Origin: an uncultured Verrucomicrobiales bacterium
GTDB taxonomy: Bacteria > Verrucomicrobiota > Verrucomicrobiia > Verrucomicrobiales > Akkermansiaceae
Direction: 5' to 3'
Assembly (NCBI GenBank): GCA_964021555.1
Contig: CAXIBU010000001.1
Coordinates: 1 to 49,237, forward strand
DNA: 49,237 bases
This document shows, piece after piece, positions 17,796 through 27,750 of this stretch. The notes below the pieces were generated by a model, which saw nothing but the letters and a program-made list of their open reading frames with translations, did not search any database and was not told where the DNA came from. Each line of letters opens with the position of its first letter. The stretch's first letter is position 1. Made by a program: the position numbers and the translations under genes.

Positions 17796-18404
17796 TTAGG
17801 CGGTGCGGTTGGCTAGCGTTTCGAAGCTATTCTCGACGATGATGATGGCATCAGCGTGGAGGAGCTGCTCAACGTTCAATTGGGCGGCGGTCATGAGCAG
17901 AACATTCTGAACATTGCGACCTGAACGGTAGGTGGCTTCGTCAAATGACTCAGCGACTACGAGGACTTTTTTGGCGTCGGTCAAGCCAGCGATGGCTTGG
18001 TTGAAAGACTTGGTTTTGCCATCGGCTACGACGAACTCTGAAGTGGTGAAAACAGAACCTTCGTTGATGCGGTCGTTGAGGACGCGGCGAAGAGCCAGTT
18101 TGCGCACTGATTTGGGAACGTCTTTGCGGTAATCGCGAGGGCGAGGACCGAAGACAACACCACCACCAACAAAGATGGGTGCACCGCGGTCGCCGTGACG
18201 AGCGTTACCGGTGCCTTTCTGGCGGTAGATTTTTTTACCTGAGCCGCGGACTTCACCACGGGTCTTGGTGTTAGCAGAGCCGGTGCGGCGGTTAGCGTGG
18301 TAAGCAACCACTAGGTCGTGGACGGCTTGATCACCCTTAGGGCCTTCAACCAGCTGAAGCTTGGCTGACTTGGCTTCGTCGATAGTAAGAACTTTTGCAG
18401 ACAT
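17796..18404 (-). CDS. rplD: 50S ribosomal protein L4
   Basis: RGSGKKIYRQKGTGNARHGDRGAPIFVGGGVVFGPRPR. Confidence 0.95.
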   Translation of the reverse strand: MSAKVLTIDEAKSAKLQLVEGPKGDQAVHDLVVAYHANRRTGSANTKTRGEVRGSGKKIYRQKGTGNARHGDRGAPIFVGGGVVFGPRPRDYRKDVPKSVRKLALRRVLNDRINEGSVFTTSEFVVADGKTKSFNQAIAGLTDAKKVLVVAESFDEATYRSGRNVQNVLLMTAAQLNVEQLLHADAIIIVENSFETLANRTA

Positions 18405-18425
18405 GATGTCAGATAGGGTTTGAGA

Positions 18426-19079
18426 TTACTGCGCAGCAGGAGCTGGCTTTTTAACGGCTGGGCGAACCACGACGTAAGAACCTTTAGCACCAGGAACGGC
18501 ACCAGAGATGAGGACGACGTTGTCTTCAGGGCGGACCTGAACCACTTTGAGGTTCTGAACGGTGCGACGGTAGACACCGTGACGACCTGGCATTTTCTTA
18601 TTCTTCCAGACGCGACCAGGCCAAGTGCCTGCTCCGATACCACCAGGACGGCGGTGCATCATGGAACCGTGTGACATTGGAAGGCCACCGAAACCCCAGC
18701 GCTTGACGACACCTTGGAAGCCTTTGCCTTTGGTTGTGCCGATGACGTCGACCCACTGACCGTCTTGGAAGACAGCTGCACCTGGGTGCTCGCCTTCAGT
18801 TGGGACGGCTTCGTCAGAGTCGAAGCGGAATTCGCGAATGAGCTTGGCCGCAGTGCCCTTGTTGGCCTTGAAGTGGCCAGCTTGAGCTTGGTTGACGCGG
18901 TGCTCCTTTTGGTCGTCATAACCGATCTGAACAGCAGCATAGCCGTCTTTTTCGGTGGTCTTGACCTGGAGAAATTGGTTATTGGCAACGTCAACGACGG
19001 TGACCGGGATCATGGCGCCTGATTCTTGATCAAAGACGCGAGTCATGCCGATTTTTTTACCTAGTAGTCCGAGAGACAT
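18426..19079 (-). CDS. rplC: 50S ribosomal protein L3
   Basis: LLGKKIGMTRVFDQESG...TKGKGFQGVVKRWGFGG. Confidence 0.95.
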   Translation of the reverse strand: MSLGLLGKKIGMTRVFDQESGAMIPVTVVDVANNQFLQVKTTEKDGYAAVQIGYDDQKEHRVNQAQAGHFKANKGTAAKLIREFRFDSDEAVPTEGEHPGAAVFQDGQWVDVIGTTKGKGFQGVVKRWGFGGLPMSHGSMMHRRPGGIGAGTWPGRVWKNKKMPGRHGVYRRTVQNLKVVQVRPEDNVVLISGAVPGAKGSYVVVRPAVKKPAPAAQ

Positions 19080-19114
19080 GGGATAAAGAAAGTTAGAGTT
19101 AGCGACGCTTAAGG

Positions 19115-19423
19115 TCAGATTTTAATGGTGATATCGACACCGGCAGGAAGATTAAGCTTCTTGAGCTCATCGACGGTGCGTGCGGTTGGTTCAACGATAT
19201 CAAGAACGCGCTTGTGCGTGCGGATCTCGAATTGCTCGGCCGACTTCTTGTTCTGGTTGACCGAACGGTTCACAGAGAACTTTTCGATACGGGTAGGGAG
19301 CGGGATAGGCCCGGCAACTTTGGCACCGGTGCGCTTAGCGGTCTCGACGATCTCTTGTGCAGAGCGGTCGATGGCGCGGTGATCGAAGGCGCGCAGGCGG
19401 ATGCGGATTTTCTGTTTTTCCAT
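19115..19423 (-). CDS. rpsJ: 30S ribosomal protein S10
   Basis: [41 protein letters not shown]. 102 aa. Confidence 0.95.
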   Translation of the reverse strand: MEKQKIRIRLRAFDHRAIDRSAQEIVETAKRTGAKVAGPIPLPTRIEKFSVNRSVNQNKKSAEQFEIRTHKRVLDIVEPTARTVDELKKLNLPAGVDITIKI

Positions 19424-19449
19424 GGTCGTATGGTGGCTGGATGATTGGT

Positions 19450-21603
19450 TCAGACGCTGAGTGAATGGTCGGCGACGAGTTCGTTTACGATTTGTTTGGG
19501 CACCTCCTCGAACGCGGCTGGCTCCATAGTGAAGGAAGCGCGGCCGGACGAAACGGTGCGGAGGGCTGTCATGTATCCGAACATTTCGGCAAGAGGCACA
19601 GTGGCCTTCAAGATCGAAACGCCGGCTTTGGCGTCCATCCCGGCAATATTGCCGCGACGGCGGTTGAGGTCTCCAAGGATATCTCCTTGGTATTCCTCGG
19701 GGGTGGAAACTTCGACATCCATGACGGGCTCGAGGAGCACGGAGGATGCATTTTCGAAGGCCTCACGCATTGCGAAGATCGCTGCCATGCGGAAGGCATT
19801 CTCGTTGGAGTCAACGTCGTGAGCCTCTCCATCGAGGACATCAACGTGGACATCGATGACGGGATAGCCGCCGATGACGCCGTTGCTAGTGGAATCTTTG
19901 ATACCTGCAAGCACGGAGTTGATAAATTCTTTAGGAATCGCACCACCGACGACTTTGTTCTCGATGGTGATCCCCTTGCCGCTCTCGTTGGGGCGGACCG
20001 CAACTTTAACTTTACCGAACTGGCCGCGGCCGCCGGACTGTTTCTTGAGAACACCGAGACCTTCAGCGGCTTGGCGAATGGTCTCGCGGTAGGCGATCTG
20101 TGGTTTACCGACGTTAGCTTCGACTTTAAATTCGCGGCGGAGACGGTCGATGATGACCTCGAGGTGAAGCTCACCCATGCCTGCGATGATGGTCTGACCA
20201 GTGTCTTCATCCGTTTTGATCACGAAAGTCGGATCTTCTTCTGAAAGACGGCTGAGGCCGGTAGACATTTTCTCGGAGTCCGCCTTGGTTCTTGGTTCGA
20301 CGGCCATCGCGATGACGGGCTCGGGGAACTGAGGTGGCTCGAGAAGAATATTGAAGGACTGCTCGCAAATGGTGTCGCCAGTGACGACATTCTTAAGCCC
20401 GACAAAAGCTGCGATATCACCGGCGTAGCACGTATTGATATCTTCGTGCTTGTCAGCCTGCATTTGGATCAAACGGCTGACGCGCTCTTTGCGCTTGGTG
20501 CGCGGGTTGAAGACCATGTCTCCCTTGCTGATCGTTCCGGAATAAACGCGGAAGAAAACCAGTTTGCCGACGAATTTGTCAGCCCAGAGCTTGAAGGCGA
20601 GTGAGCAGAATGGCTGATCATCAGCCGTGACGGTTGGAACGACAGTGTCCTCATCGGCAGGATGAAGACCCTTGGCAGGCTCGATGTCGATTGGGCTGGG
20701 CAGGTAATCAACCACAGCATCAACCAAATATTGAACCCCCTTGTTCTTGAAGGCGGAGCCCCCGGTCACAGGGATAAATTGATTGGAGATCGTCACCCGG
20801 CGCACGGCCTGCTTCAGAATCTCAGCGGTGATCTCTTCCTCAGCGAGGAAGGCTTCACCAAGCTCATCATCCAGGTCGGCAACCATTTCGATCAACTCGG
20901 ATCGAGCGGCTTCAGCCAGTTCAACGAGATCAGCAGAAAGCGGCTCAACACTGAAGGTTGAACCGAGTTTCTCGTCCTCATTGTATAGAATGGCCTTCTG
21001 GTTGACCACGTCGATCTGCCCCCGAAGGTTCTCTTCAGAACCGATAGGGATCAAAATCGGGCAGGCTGGGATTTTGAACTTATTGCGAACGTCGTCGACC
21101 ACCGCCTGGAAGTCGGCGCCGGTGCGATCCATCTTATTAACGAAGACGATGCGTGGGACGCCGTAGCGTGTGGCCTGTCGCCAGACCGTTTCAGTCTGAG
21201 GCTGAACACCGGCCACACCGCAGAAGACAACAATCGCACCATCGAGAACGCGAAGAGAACGCTCGACTTCAGCGGTGAAGTCGACGTGCCCTGGGGTATC
21301 GATGATGTTGATTCGAGTATCCTCGTTTTCAAAAAGCTTAACCACTCCATCATCAGGCTTCTGGACCCACTGACATGTGACAGCGGCAGAAGTGATGGTG
21401 ATGCCCCGCTCGCGCTCCTGCTCCATGTGATCGGTAGTCGCCGCACCATCGTGGACTTCTCCGATCTTATGGATCATGCCCGTATAGAACAGCACGCGCT
21501 CGGTAAGAGTCGTCTTACCAGCGTCGATATGAGCAGCGATCCCGATGTTACGCGTATTGCGCAACGGGTAGGGACGGCTCGAGCTGTTTGCAGATTTGGA
21601 CAT
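19450..21603 (-). CDS. fusA: Elongation factor G
   Basis: G-domain motifs [17 protein letters not shown] and NKMD. 717 aa, positioned after rpsG. Confidence 0.95.
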   Translation of the reverse strand: MSKSANSSSRPYPLRNTRNIGIAAHIDAGKTTLTERVLFYTGMIHKIGEVHDGAATTDHMEQERERGITITSAAVTCQWVQKPDDGVVKLFENEDTRINIIDTPGHVDFTAEVERSLRVLDGAIVVFCGVAGVQPQTETVWRQATRYGVPRIVFVNKMDRTGADFQAVVDDVRNKFKIPACPILIPIGSEENLRGQIDVVNQKAILYNEDEKLGSTFSVEPLSADLVELAEAARSELIEMVADLDDELGEAFLAEEEITAEILKQAVRRVTISNQFIPVTGGSAFKNKGVQYLVDAVVDYLPSPIDIEPAKGLHPADEDTVVPTVTADDQPFCSLAFKLWADKFVGKLVFFRVYSGTISKGDMVFNPRTKRKERVSRLIQMQADKHEDINTCYAGDIAAFVGLKNVVTGDTICEQSFNILLEPPQFPEPVIAMAVEPRTKADSEKMSTGLSRLSEEDPTFVIKTDEDTGQTIIAGMGELHLEVIIDRLRREFKVEANVGKPQIAYRETIRQAAEGLGVLKKQSGGRGQFGKVKVAVRPNESGKGITIENKVVGGAIPKEFINSVLAGIKDSTSNGVIGGYPVIDVHVDVLDGEAHDVDSNENAFRMAAIFAMREAFENASSVLLEPVMDVEVSTPEEYQGDILGDLNRRRGNIAGMDAKAGVSILKATVPLAEMFGYMTALRTVSSGRASFTMEPAAFEEVPKQIVNELVADHSLSV

Positions 21604-21661
21604 GGTGGGATGCCTGATGAATCAGGCAGGGACTAGTGAGATAGGCTTCGAAAATTCGGGA

Positions 21662-22135
21662 TTACCAGCGGAAGTGAGCGAAGGCACGGTTGGCTTGAGC
21701 CATCTTGTGCACATCGTCGCGCTTACGGACGGCGCTGCCTTGGTTGGTTGAGGCGTCTTTGATTTCAGCGGCGAGAGCAACGTGCATTGGCACGCCTTTC
21801 TTCTTGCGAGCGAAACCGACGAGCCAACGCATGGCGAGTGACTCGGAGCGACCTGGATCAACTTCGAGAGGAACCTGATAGGTAGCACCACCGACGCGGC
21901 GTGACTTAACCTCGACGCGAGGCTTAGCGTTCTCGATCGCGCGGTTAAGGATTTCAAGAGGATCAACATTGTCCGTGCCTTCATTGGCGCGGTCGATTGC
22001 TGCGTAGACGATGCGTTCTGAAGTAGAACGCTTTCCGTCGCGCATGATTTTGCTGATGAGCTTCCCAACAACCGGGCTATCGTAGCGTGGGTCGCGGACT
22101 TCGGGCTTTTTGTAAACGCGTTTGCGGCGTGCCAT
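21662..22135 (-). CDS. rpsG: 30S ribosomal protein S7
   Basis: MARRKRVYKKPEVRDPRYDSPVVGKLISKIMRDGKRSTSERIVY. Confidence 0.95.
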   Translation of the reverse strand: MARRKRVYKKPEVRDPRYDSPVVGKLISKIMRDGKRSTSERIVYAAIDRANEGTDNVDPLEILNRAIENAKPRVEVKSRRVGGATYQVPLEVDPGRSESLAMRWLVGFARKKKGVPMHVALAAEIKDASTNQGSAVRKRDDVHKMAQANRAFAHFRW

Positions 22136-22162
22136 GGTAAAAGTCAGTTAAAGATTAAAGAG

Positions 22163-22537
22163 TTACTTCTTAGGGCGCTTCGTGCCGTATTTAGAACGAC
22201 CTTGTTTGCGGCCGTCTACGCCGAGCGTATCGAGAGCACCACGAACGATGTGGTAGCGAACACCAGGCAAATCCTTAACCCGTCCACCACGGACGAGAAC
22301 GATGCTGTGCTCTTGGAGGTTGTGACCTTCACCGCCGATGTATGCGATGACTTCTTCACCATTGGTCAAACGGACCTTGGCCACTTTACGAAGAGCCGAG
22401 TTAGGCTTCTTCGGAGTGCGGGTCATTACCTGAAGGCAGACCCCGCGACGTTGCGGGCAGTTTTGCAGCGCGCGACTCTTCGACTTTACGACGGGAGTCT
22501 TGCGTCCTTTGCGGACGAGTTGGTTGATGGTAGGCAT
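22163..22537 (-). CDS. rpsL: 30S ribosomal protein S12
   Basis: I trimmed the ORF-track ORF (22163..22732) to the internal ATG at 22537. From there the protein reads [13 protein letters not shown]...KPNSALRKV, the canonical S12 N-terminus. Confidence 0.93.
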   Translation of the reverse strand: MPTINQLVRKGRKTPVVKSKSRALQNCPQRRGVCLQVMTRTPKKPNSALRKVAKVRLTNGEEVIAYIGGEGHNLQEHSIVLVRGGRVKDLPGVRYHIVRGALDTLGVDGRKQGRSKYGTKRPKK

Positions 22538-22857
22538 GATTTCCTGCTTGGTTGAATTTCGGGCATTGACCCTAGGTTGTAGGGTGCAATCGGAAGGCCG
22601 CGAATTCTTCGCAGGAGCCTGTTTTCCGGAGCTGCACCCGATAGTTATGCGTAACTGGATTAAGCGCTCGAGGTCCAAAAGGGCTTTCGGGCGCGATGTA
22701 GGGGGGCGGAGACTAGGAAAAAACCTTGTCACCGCAAGTCTTATTTTGATCTTTTTTCAAAAAAACCGAAAAAGTCCCCTAGATCCACTAAATTGAGGGC
22801 CTGAAAATTTATTTTGTAAGACTTAACAAATGACGTTTCGTATGGCAAAGAGACGTC

Positions 22858-23292
22858 ATGAAACTTTCCACTCTTTCCAAAGTCCGCCTGCCACTCTGTG
22901 TCGCAGGGCTCTCTCTCGCGGTGCTAAGCAGCTGCAGCAACCGACCAGATCCTAGTCTGCCTTTTGACAGAGACGGTAACTATGTCGCCGCGTGGGACAA
23001 GGATGGCACCTACACCTTTGAAGAGCCTGAGGCACCAGACTTCTACGAACCTGAGGGCACCACTAAGAAATCCACAGCCTCGACCAAGAAGTCAACGAGC
23101 ACGAAAAAGTCGACCACCAAGAAGAGCTCACGCAAAGTTACTCCTAGCTACCGCTACCACACCGTGACCAAGGGCCAAACGCTCTGGGGCTTGAGCCAGA
23201 AATACAAAACAACGGTTTCCAAGATCAAGTCAGCGAATGGAATCAGCGGCACTACCATCCGCATCGGTCAGAAGCTGAAGATTCCCCGCTAA
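22858..23292 (+). CDS. LysM-domain lipoprotein
   Basis: Lipobox LAVLSS|C, a Lys/Ser/Thr-rich repeat linker (KKSTASTKKSTSTKKSTTKKSSRK), and a C-terminal LysM YHTVTKGQTLWGLSQKYKTTVSKIKSANGISGTTIRIGQKLKIP. Confidence 0.85.
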   Translation: MKLSTLSKVRLPLCVAGLSLAVLSSCSNRPDPSLPFDRDGNYVAAWDKDGTYTFEEPEAPDFYEPEGTTKKSTASTKKSTSTKKSTTKKSSRKVTPSYRYHTVTKGQTLWGLSQKYKTTVSKIKSANGISGTTIRIGQKLKIPR

Positions 23293-23364
23293 GCTATTAC
23301 TCGAAGCGAGCGCTCGAAATCCCCTCCCCTCTCCAACGGCCTGTTTGGTTCGATCTCGAACTAA

Positions 23365-23979
23365 TCAGGCCGTTGCTGTTTCGGGAGCGACCGGCGGATC
23401 GCTTGGGCCATCCGGATTACGCAGGCCGTGAATAAAGAAACAGACCGCAGCCACGCAGATACAGGAGTCGGCAACGTTGAAGACCGGATAGTTGTAGTTG
23501 ATGAAAGGGATGATCACATCGAGAAAGTCGACCACGTAGCCTTGGCTCAGGCGGGTCCAGAACGAGGCGTCCTTAAATTCTTCGAGAAAGAAACCCTGAA
23601 CCATGCGATCAGTGAGGTTGCCCAGGATCCCCGCGACTAACAATGAAGCCGCCGCTTTCCCCAAGAATCCATTGAAGCCTCCCTTTTTCCAATACCAAGC
23701 AATGAGGGTCAGGGCGATTAATGGGATCAAGAAGAACACAATCGGCGCCCAAGCCGTCCCGTTGCCAAAACCAAAGGCGACGCCCGTGTTGTGAACTCTG
23801 GTGAAGCTGAACAAGCCTTCGACCACCGGCCTGGAGTCAATATAGCTCAGAAACACCTCTCCATCCCGCTCAACGTAGACAGGCGGCTCAAAGTCAAAAA
23901 CAACCCAGAATTTGGTAACCTGATCGAGGAGATAAAGCGGCAGGGAAACCGATAAAAAGAGTCGCAGGGCGCTAGACAT
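23365..23979 (-). CDS. lspA: Lipoprotein signal peptidase (signal peptidase II)
   Basis: Motifs LDQVTKFWV, VHNTGVAFGF, NLTDR, VVDFLDV and PVFNVADSCI. I chose the ATG at 23979 as start, because the longer ORF to 24069 would overlap the divergent gene. Confidence 0.85.
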   Translation of the reverse strand: MSSALRLFLSVSLPLYLLDQVTKFWVVFDFEPPVYVERDGEVFLSYIDSRPVVEGLFSFTRVHNTGVAFGFGNGTAWAPIVFFLIPLIALTLIAWYWKKGGFNGFLGKAAASLLVAGILGNLTDRMVQGFFLEEFKDASFWTRLSQGYVVDFLDVIIPFINYNYPVFNVADSCICVAAVCFFIHGLRNPDGPSDPPVAPETATA

Positions 23980-24017
23980 GGGACTACCTATCAAGGCAAA
24001 TCGAGTTGGTAAAGAGC

Positions 24018-24878
24018 ATGTCTGCAAGTAAGGAACAGTTTTTTCAGGAGGCCAGGCGAGTCCTTTCAAGGCACTTCAATCAGCAAAGGGTGGAATTCGC
24101 GACGGGGCTCATCGTGGAGGTGCCGATCAGGTTCGTCGCCAAGCGTCCACGGAAGACGAAGCTGGGCGACTGTGGCCTCAGCTCGGATCGCTCTCACTTT
24201 CAGGTCACCTTCACTCAACCTGACCCCAAGGGCACTGGAGATCGCTCCTACCTGACCTTGATCCATGAAATCGCTCACGCGCTGACCGACACTCGCCATC
24301 ATGGCCGACGCTTGAAACCTCATGGGCTCGAGTGGAAGACCATCTTTGGAGAAATTATCGTGAAAGCGGTTCAGCTAGAACTCTTCAGCCCTGCCTTGAG
24401 GGGACCTCTACTCAGACACGCTAGAAATCCGGCAGCCCGTTCAGGCGTCGATAGTGACCTTGAACGTGCCTTTTCAGAAATTGAACAGGATCCAGATGCA
24501 CCGAGCCTTAGAGTTGAAGATGTGCCGATGGGACATTGGTTTCAATTGGGTGACGGCAAACACTTTCGGCGCGGCATACTCCGCCGGACTCGCTATCTCT
24601 GCACCAACCTCAAAGGCCAAGAGTATGTCATCTCCGCTGGAGCAAAAGCTCAATCAGTGAGTAAGACAGCTCCAGTTATGGAAACAATAACATCAAGCCG
24701 ACCCGAGAAGGGAACTCTTGAATCCTTGGCAGAAGGCCGCCGCTTCAAAATAAAAGGCCCCTTGATTTTCACCAAGGGGCCTCGACTGAGAAAGTATTTC
24801 AGGTGTGCTGCTAGCGATGGGAAGACCTATCGAGTCCACCCGAAGGCACCGGTCCAGGTCATCAGCGGTGACGAATGA
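24018..24878 (+). CDS. SprT-like zinc metalloprotease-domain protein with a duplicated C-terminal module
   Basis: HExxH in YLTLIHEIAHALTD followed by HGLEWK. I prefer the ATG at 24018 over the TTG at 24006. The 3' end overlaps the secretin 3' end by 17 nt. Confidence 0.7.
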   Translation: MSASKEQFFQEARRVLSRHFNQQRVEFATGLIVEVPIRFVAKRPRKTKLGDCGLSSDRSHFQVTFTQPDPKGTGDRSYLTLIHEIAHALTDTRHHGRRLKPHGLEWKTIFGEIIVKAVQLELFSPALRGPLLRHARNPAARSGVDSDLERAFSEIEQDPDAPSLRVEDVPMGHWFQLGDGKHFRRGILRRTRYLCTNLKGQEYVISAGAKAQSVSKTAPVMETITSSRPEKGTLESLAEGRRFKIKGPLIFTKGPRLRKYFRCAASDGKTYRVHPKAPVQVISGDE

Positions 24879-27156
24879 CGCGACGCGCCCAATCTGGGCT
24901 GTGACGGCCGATTTGCTGCTGCTTCACTACCGGGTCACCGCCCTTTCCGTCGTTAATCTCGACAGGCGTTGCAGAGGGAGCGTAAGGCTGATTAAAGTCC
25001 ATGATTCGCTCGTCGACTTCATAGAGCGCATCGATCTCGCGCTGGCTTTGGTCAAGATCCTCATCGCTATTGATGATCTCGGGTTGAATGAAGATCAACA
25101 GCTCTCGAGTAATTTCAGCTTTTCTCGTGGTGCTAAAGAGCGAGCCCAAGCCTGGGATATCGCTCAAGAAAGGCACCCCGCTTTTGTTGTCGGTCATCTC
25201 ACGAGTGATCAGACCACCCAAAACGATGGTCTGACGGTTCTTGACCGTTACCGTTGTCAGAAGTTCCTGCTTAGCAATCGTCGGGACCGACAATCCATCT
25301 ACCTGTTGGCCATCGTCGATAATCTGGTCATTCAACTGGGAGATCTCCATTGTGACCTCGTTGTCCGAATTTACCAACGGGACTACCTCAAGGCGCAACT
25401 CGACATCTCGGTATTCGATGTTGGTATTCTGGGCGAGCCCTCCGGTGCCACCTACTGCTTGGTTGATGGTGCTAGTCGGGACTGCGATTCGAGTTCCTGA
25501 AGAGATGACTGCTCTCGTGTTGTTCTTAGTGTAGATCGTCGGACGAGAAAGCACGGTGAAATCCCCCCGAACTGCTGCGGCACGAAGGTAGACGTTCAAA
25601 TAATTACCTATTTGGCCGTAGAGACTCAGACCAGCAAGACCAAAGGGACCTCCCTCAGTTCCGATGGCACCCTGTCCGAGATTAGCGTCATTGATGGGCC
25701 TAACATCACTCGGGGGATTTCGGATCGAACCAGCAATACTTCCACCCTCACTCAAAGTCCTGATCCAGTCGAGACCCAGCTCGTTGCTATCATTGCGCGT
25801 GTATTGGCCGAAAACGGTAGAAATTACGACCTGAGGTCCGGCTTTATCGATCTCATCCAGCAGATCGTTAATAATCTTCACGCTCTGTGGCGGGCCTTGG
25901 ACAACGATGCTGTTGGTGATTGTATCGGCAACGAGGAAGGTTTTGCCAACCAAGAGGGATTCAGGAGCGCCAGTCTGCCCGGGGTCACTCAACTGGTTAC
26001 CACCACCGCCATCTGCGCCGTTGGTGTTGCCGCCACGATTGTTGGTGTTTCGTGTGTTGTTGTTCCGATTATTGGTGCGGTTACCGGCGCCACCGGCTTG
26101 GCTATTGCTCGAAACTTCCACCCGACTGAGGGCGTTCTCAGCGACATCGAGAAAATCGACCACCGTCAAAAAGCGAAGCTTACGAGAAAAGAATCCATCG
26201 CGAGAAGTTGGCGCATCAAAGCGTCCGATCAATTCACCAAGGAAAATAAGCTCACTAGGCGGCCCGATAAGCAGGATGCTGTTCTGACGAGCATCCGTGG
26301 TGATAATGGTCGGAGCAGCTGTCCCCCCTCCGCCACTAGCAGCACCGGATGTATTCGCAGCGCCATTGACTGGGGGTAATCCGGGAGGACGATTATTCCC
26401 AGAATTGTTATTGGTCTGTGGTGTTCCCGCTCTGGCGGACCGCGCAGGGCTCTGATCCTCCCGCTGAGCCTGAGTGATTGCCGTAAGCTTTTCTGCGACC
26501 AACTCTGCATCAGCATTGACGAGATCGAACCATTTTCGGTCCAAAGTGCTGGAGGGCACATCGATCTGAGTCTTCAATTCGATGAACATCTTAATCAGTG
26601 ATGATGTCTCCTTAATCACCAGCGCAGAGGCATTCTCGACGACCGTAATCTTGCCGTATGGGTGCAAAACTGTCATCTGTGAGAACATTCGCTGAGCTTC
26701 CTCAGGTCTGATGTAGCTTAGCTTCATTACGTAGCTAACCAAGTTATCACCATCAGGAAGATCGTCCGCATTTACCACCAAAGGAATTGCACTGCCTTTA
26801 TCCCCTGCGGAGACCACCATCAACTTCACCTCGTTGGGACCGCTTGGAATGAAGACGAGATTGTTCAGAGCGGCAGCCTTTTCAACGGCAGCGATCTGAG
26901 CGGCCTTATCATTATTGGCTTCTTGAAGAATGGTGATATTGACCTGAACGATTGCGGCTTCGGGATCGACAATGACGCGTTTGCCAGTCTGGGCAAAATA
27001 GTAGGCGCCAAGCTCGGTGCCCGTCATCTTAGGTTGGAAAAACGCGGCACCTTGTGCTCCGGGTGCTGGTGGAGCTGGCGGAGCGCCGGGGGCCTGTGCT
27101 TGTGCAGAACCGACGGCGGCCAGTGCAGCGATGAGGGTGAGAGAAAGAACTTTCAT
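24862..27156 (-). CDS. gspD: Secretin (GspD/PilQ family outer-membrane channel)
   Basis: Signal peptide MKVLSLTLIAALAAVGSAQA, and a C-terminal secretin core with GVPFLSDIPGLGSLFS. It is the last gene of the pseudopilin operon. 764 aa, with two low-complexity inserts. Confidence 0.9.
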   Translation of the reverse strand: MKVLSLTLIAALAAVGSAQAQAPGAPPAPPAPGAQGAAFFQPKMTGTELGAYYFAQTGKRVIVDPEAAIVQVNITILQEANNDKAAQIAAVEKAAALNNLVFIPSGPNEVKLMVVSAGDKGSAIPLVVNADDLPDGDNLVSYVMKLSYIRPEEAQRMFSQMTVLHPYGKITVVENASALVIKETSSLIKMFIELKTQIDVPSSTLDRKWFDLVNADAELVAEKLTAITQAQREDQSPARSARAGTPQTNNNSGNNRPPGLPPVNGAANTSGAASGGGGTAAPTIITTDARQNSILLIGPPSELIFLGELIGRFDAPTSRDGFFSRKLRFLTVVDFLDVAENALSRVEVSSNSQAGGAGNRTNNRNNNTRNTNNRGGNTNGADGGGGNQLSDPGQTGAPESLLVGKTFLVADTITNSIVVQGPPQSVKIINDLLDEIDKAGPQVVISTVFGQYTRNDSNELGLDWIRTLSEGGSIAGSIRNPPSDVRPINDANLGQGAIGTEGGPFGLAGLSLYGQIGNYLNVYLRAAAVRGDFTVLSRPTIYTKNNTRAVISSGTRIAVPTSTINQAVGGTGGLAQNTNIEYRDVELRLEVVPLVNSDNEVTMEISQLNDQIIDDGQQVDGLSVPTIAKQELLTTVTVKNRQTIVLGGLITREMTDNKSGVPFLSDIPGLGSLFSTTRKAEITRELLIFIQPEIINSDEDLDQSQREIDALYEVDERIMDFNQPYAPSATPVEINDGKGGDPVVKQQQIGRHSPDWARRVIRHR

Positions 27157-27198
27157 TGAGAGATTTGGGTCAGAGGAGTGATGGCAAGGTGAGGAAGC

Positions 27199-27744
27199 TT
27201 ATCGATTTGTTCGTGAGCGGAGTGCTCGTGCGGGCTGCTGGGGGTCCTTTCCTTTGACGCCCGGCGGAAGTTTTTGATTACCGCTTGGCTTCTTGCCTCC
27301 CTTGCTGGGCGAAACCATCGCCTGCGGCTCGGGAACACCGAGGGCGGCAAGATCGAAGCTGAGCCATTCGGTGCGCGCGCCAGACTTGATCTGCACGCGT
27401 GTCTTGGTTGGGTCGGCATTTGTCTGAACTTGCAACAACTCGAACCCGCTCTCGCTGCGCTCACCGATCCCGCGCATCATTTCGCTGCGCTCTTTTTCCT
27501 TTTTGTGGCGAAGGGTCACAAAGTAGCTATCGCCCAGCGGCAGGATCCCGGAAAGATTCCAATCCTCAAAAGCTGATGCTTGCTCAACTTCCTGGCCTTT
27601 ATTGGGCTCGACAATCGGAGGCAGAGTAAATGGCGAATTTCCTAGGAGGCGATTATAATGCATCAGCGTCTGCTGGCGGGCAACATCTGCCGAGGCCAAG
27701 CCTAGGAGCACTGGGGAAAGTAGGATTAAGAGATACGCTTTCAT
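27199..27744 (-). CDS. Periplasmic PilP / GspC-HR-like protein (hypothetical)
   Basis: Signal peptide MKAYLLILLSPVLLGLASA, a beta-rich core (WNLSGILPLGDSYFVTLRH...FELLQVQ...RVQIKSG), and a basic Pro/Lys-rich tail. It sits directly upstream of the secretin. The call rests mostly on context. Confidence 0.45.
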   Translation of the reverse strand: MKAYLLILLSPVLLGLASADVARQQTLMHYNRLLGNSPFTLPPIVEPNKGQEVEQASAFEDWNLSGILPLGDSYFVTLRHKKEKERSEMMRGIGERSESGFELLQVQTNADPTKTRVQIKSGARTEWLSFDLAALGVPEPQAMVSPSKGGKKPSGNQKLPPGVKGKDPQQPARALRSRTNR

Positions 27745-27750
27745 AAAAAA

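Noticed and set aside
22538-22732. 65-codon N-terminal extension of the rpsL ORF
   Set aside because: Canonical S12 begins at [13 protein letters not shown] (ATG at 22537). The upstream open frame is chance read-through of the 5' leader.
23335-23374. 9-bp inverted repeat AACGGCCTG...CAGGCCGTT between the LysM gene and lspA, considered as a shared terminator
   Set aside because: The loop is long (22 nt), there is no clear T-run on either side, and the right arm overlaps the lspA stop codon. This is too weak to call as a feature.
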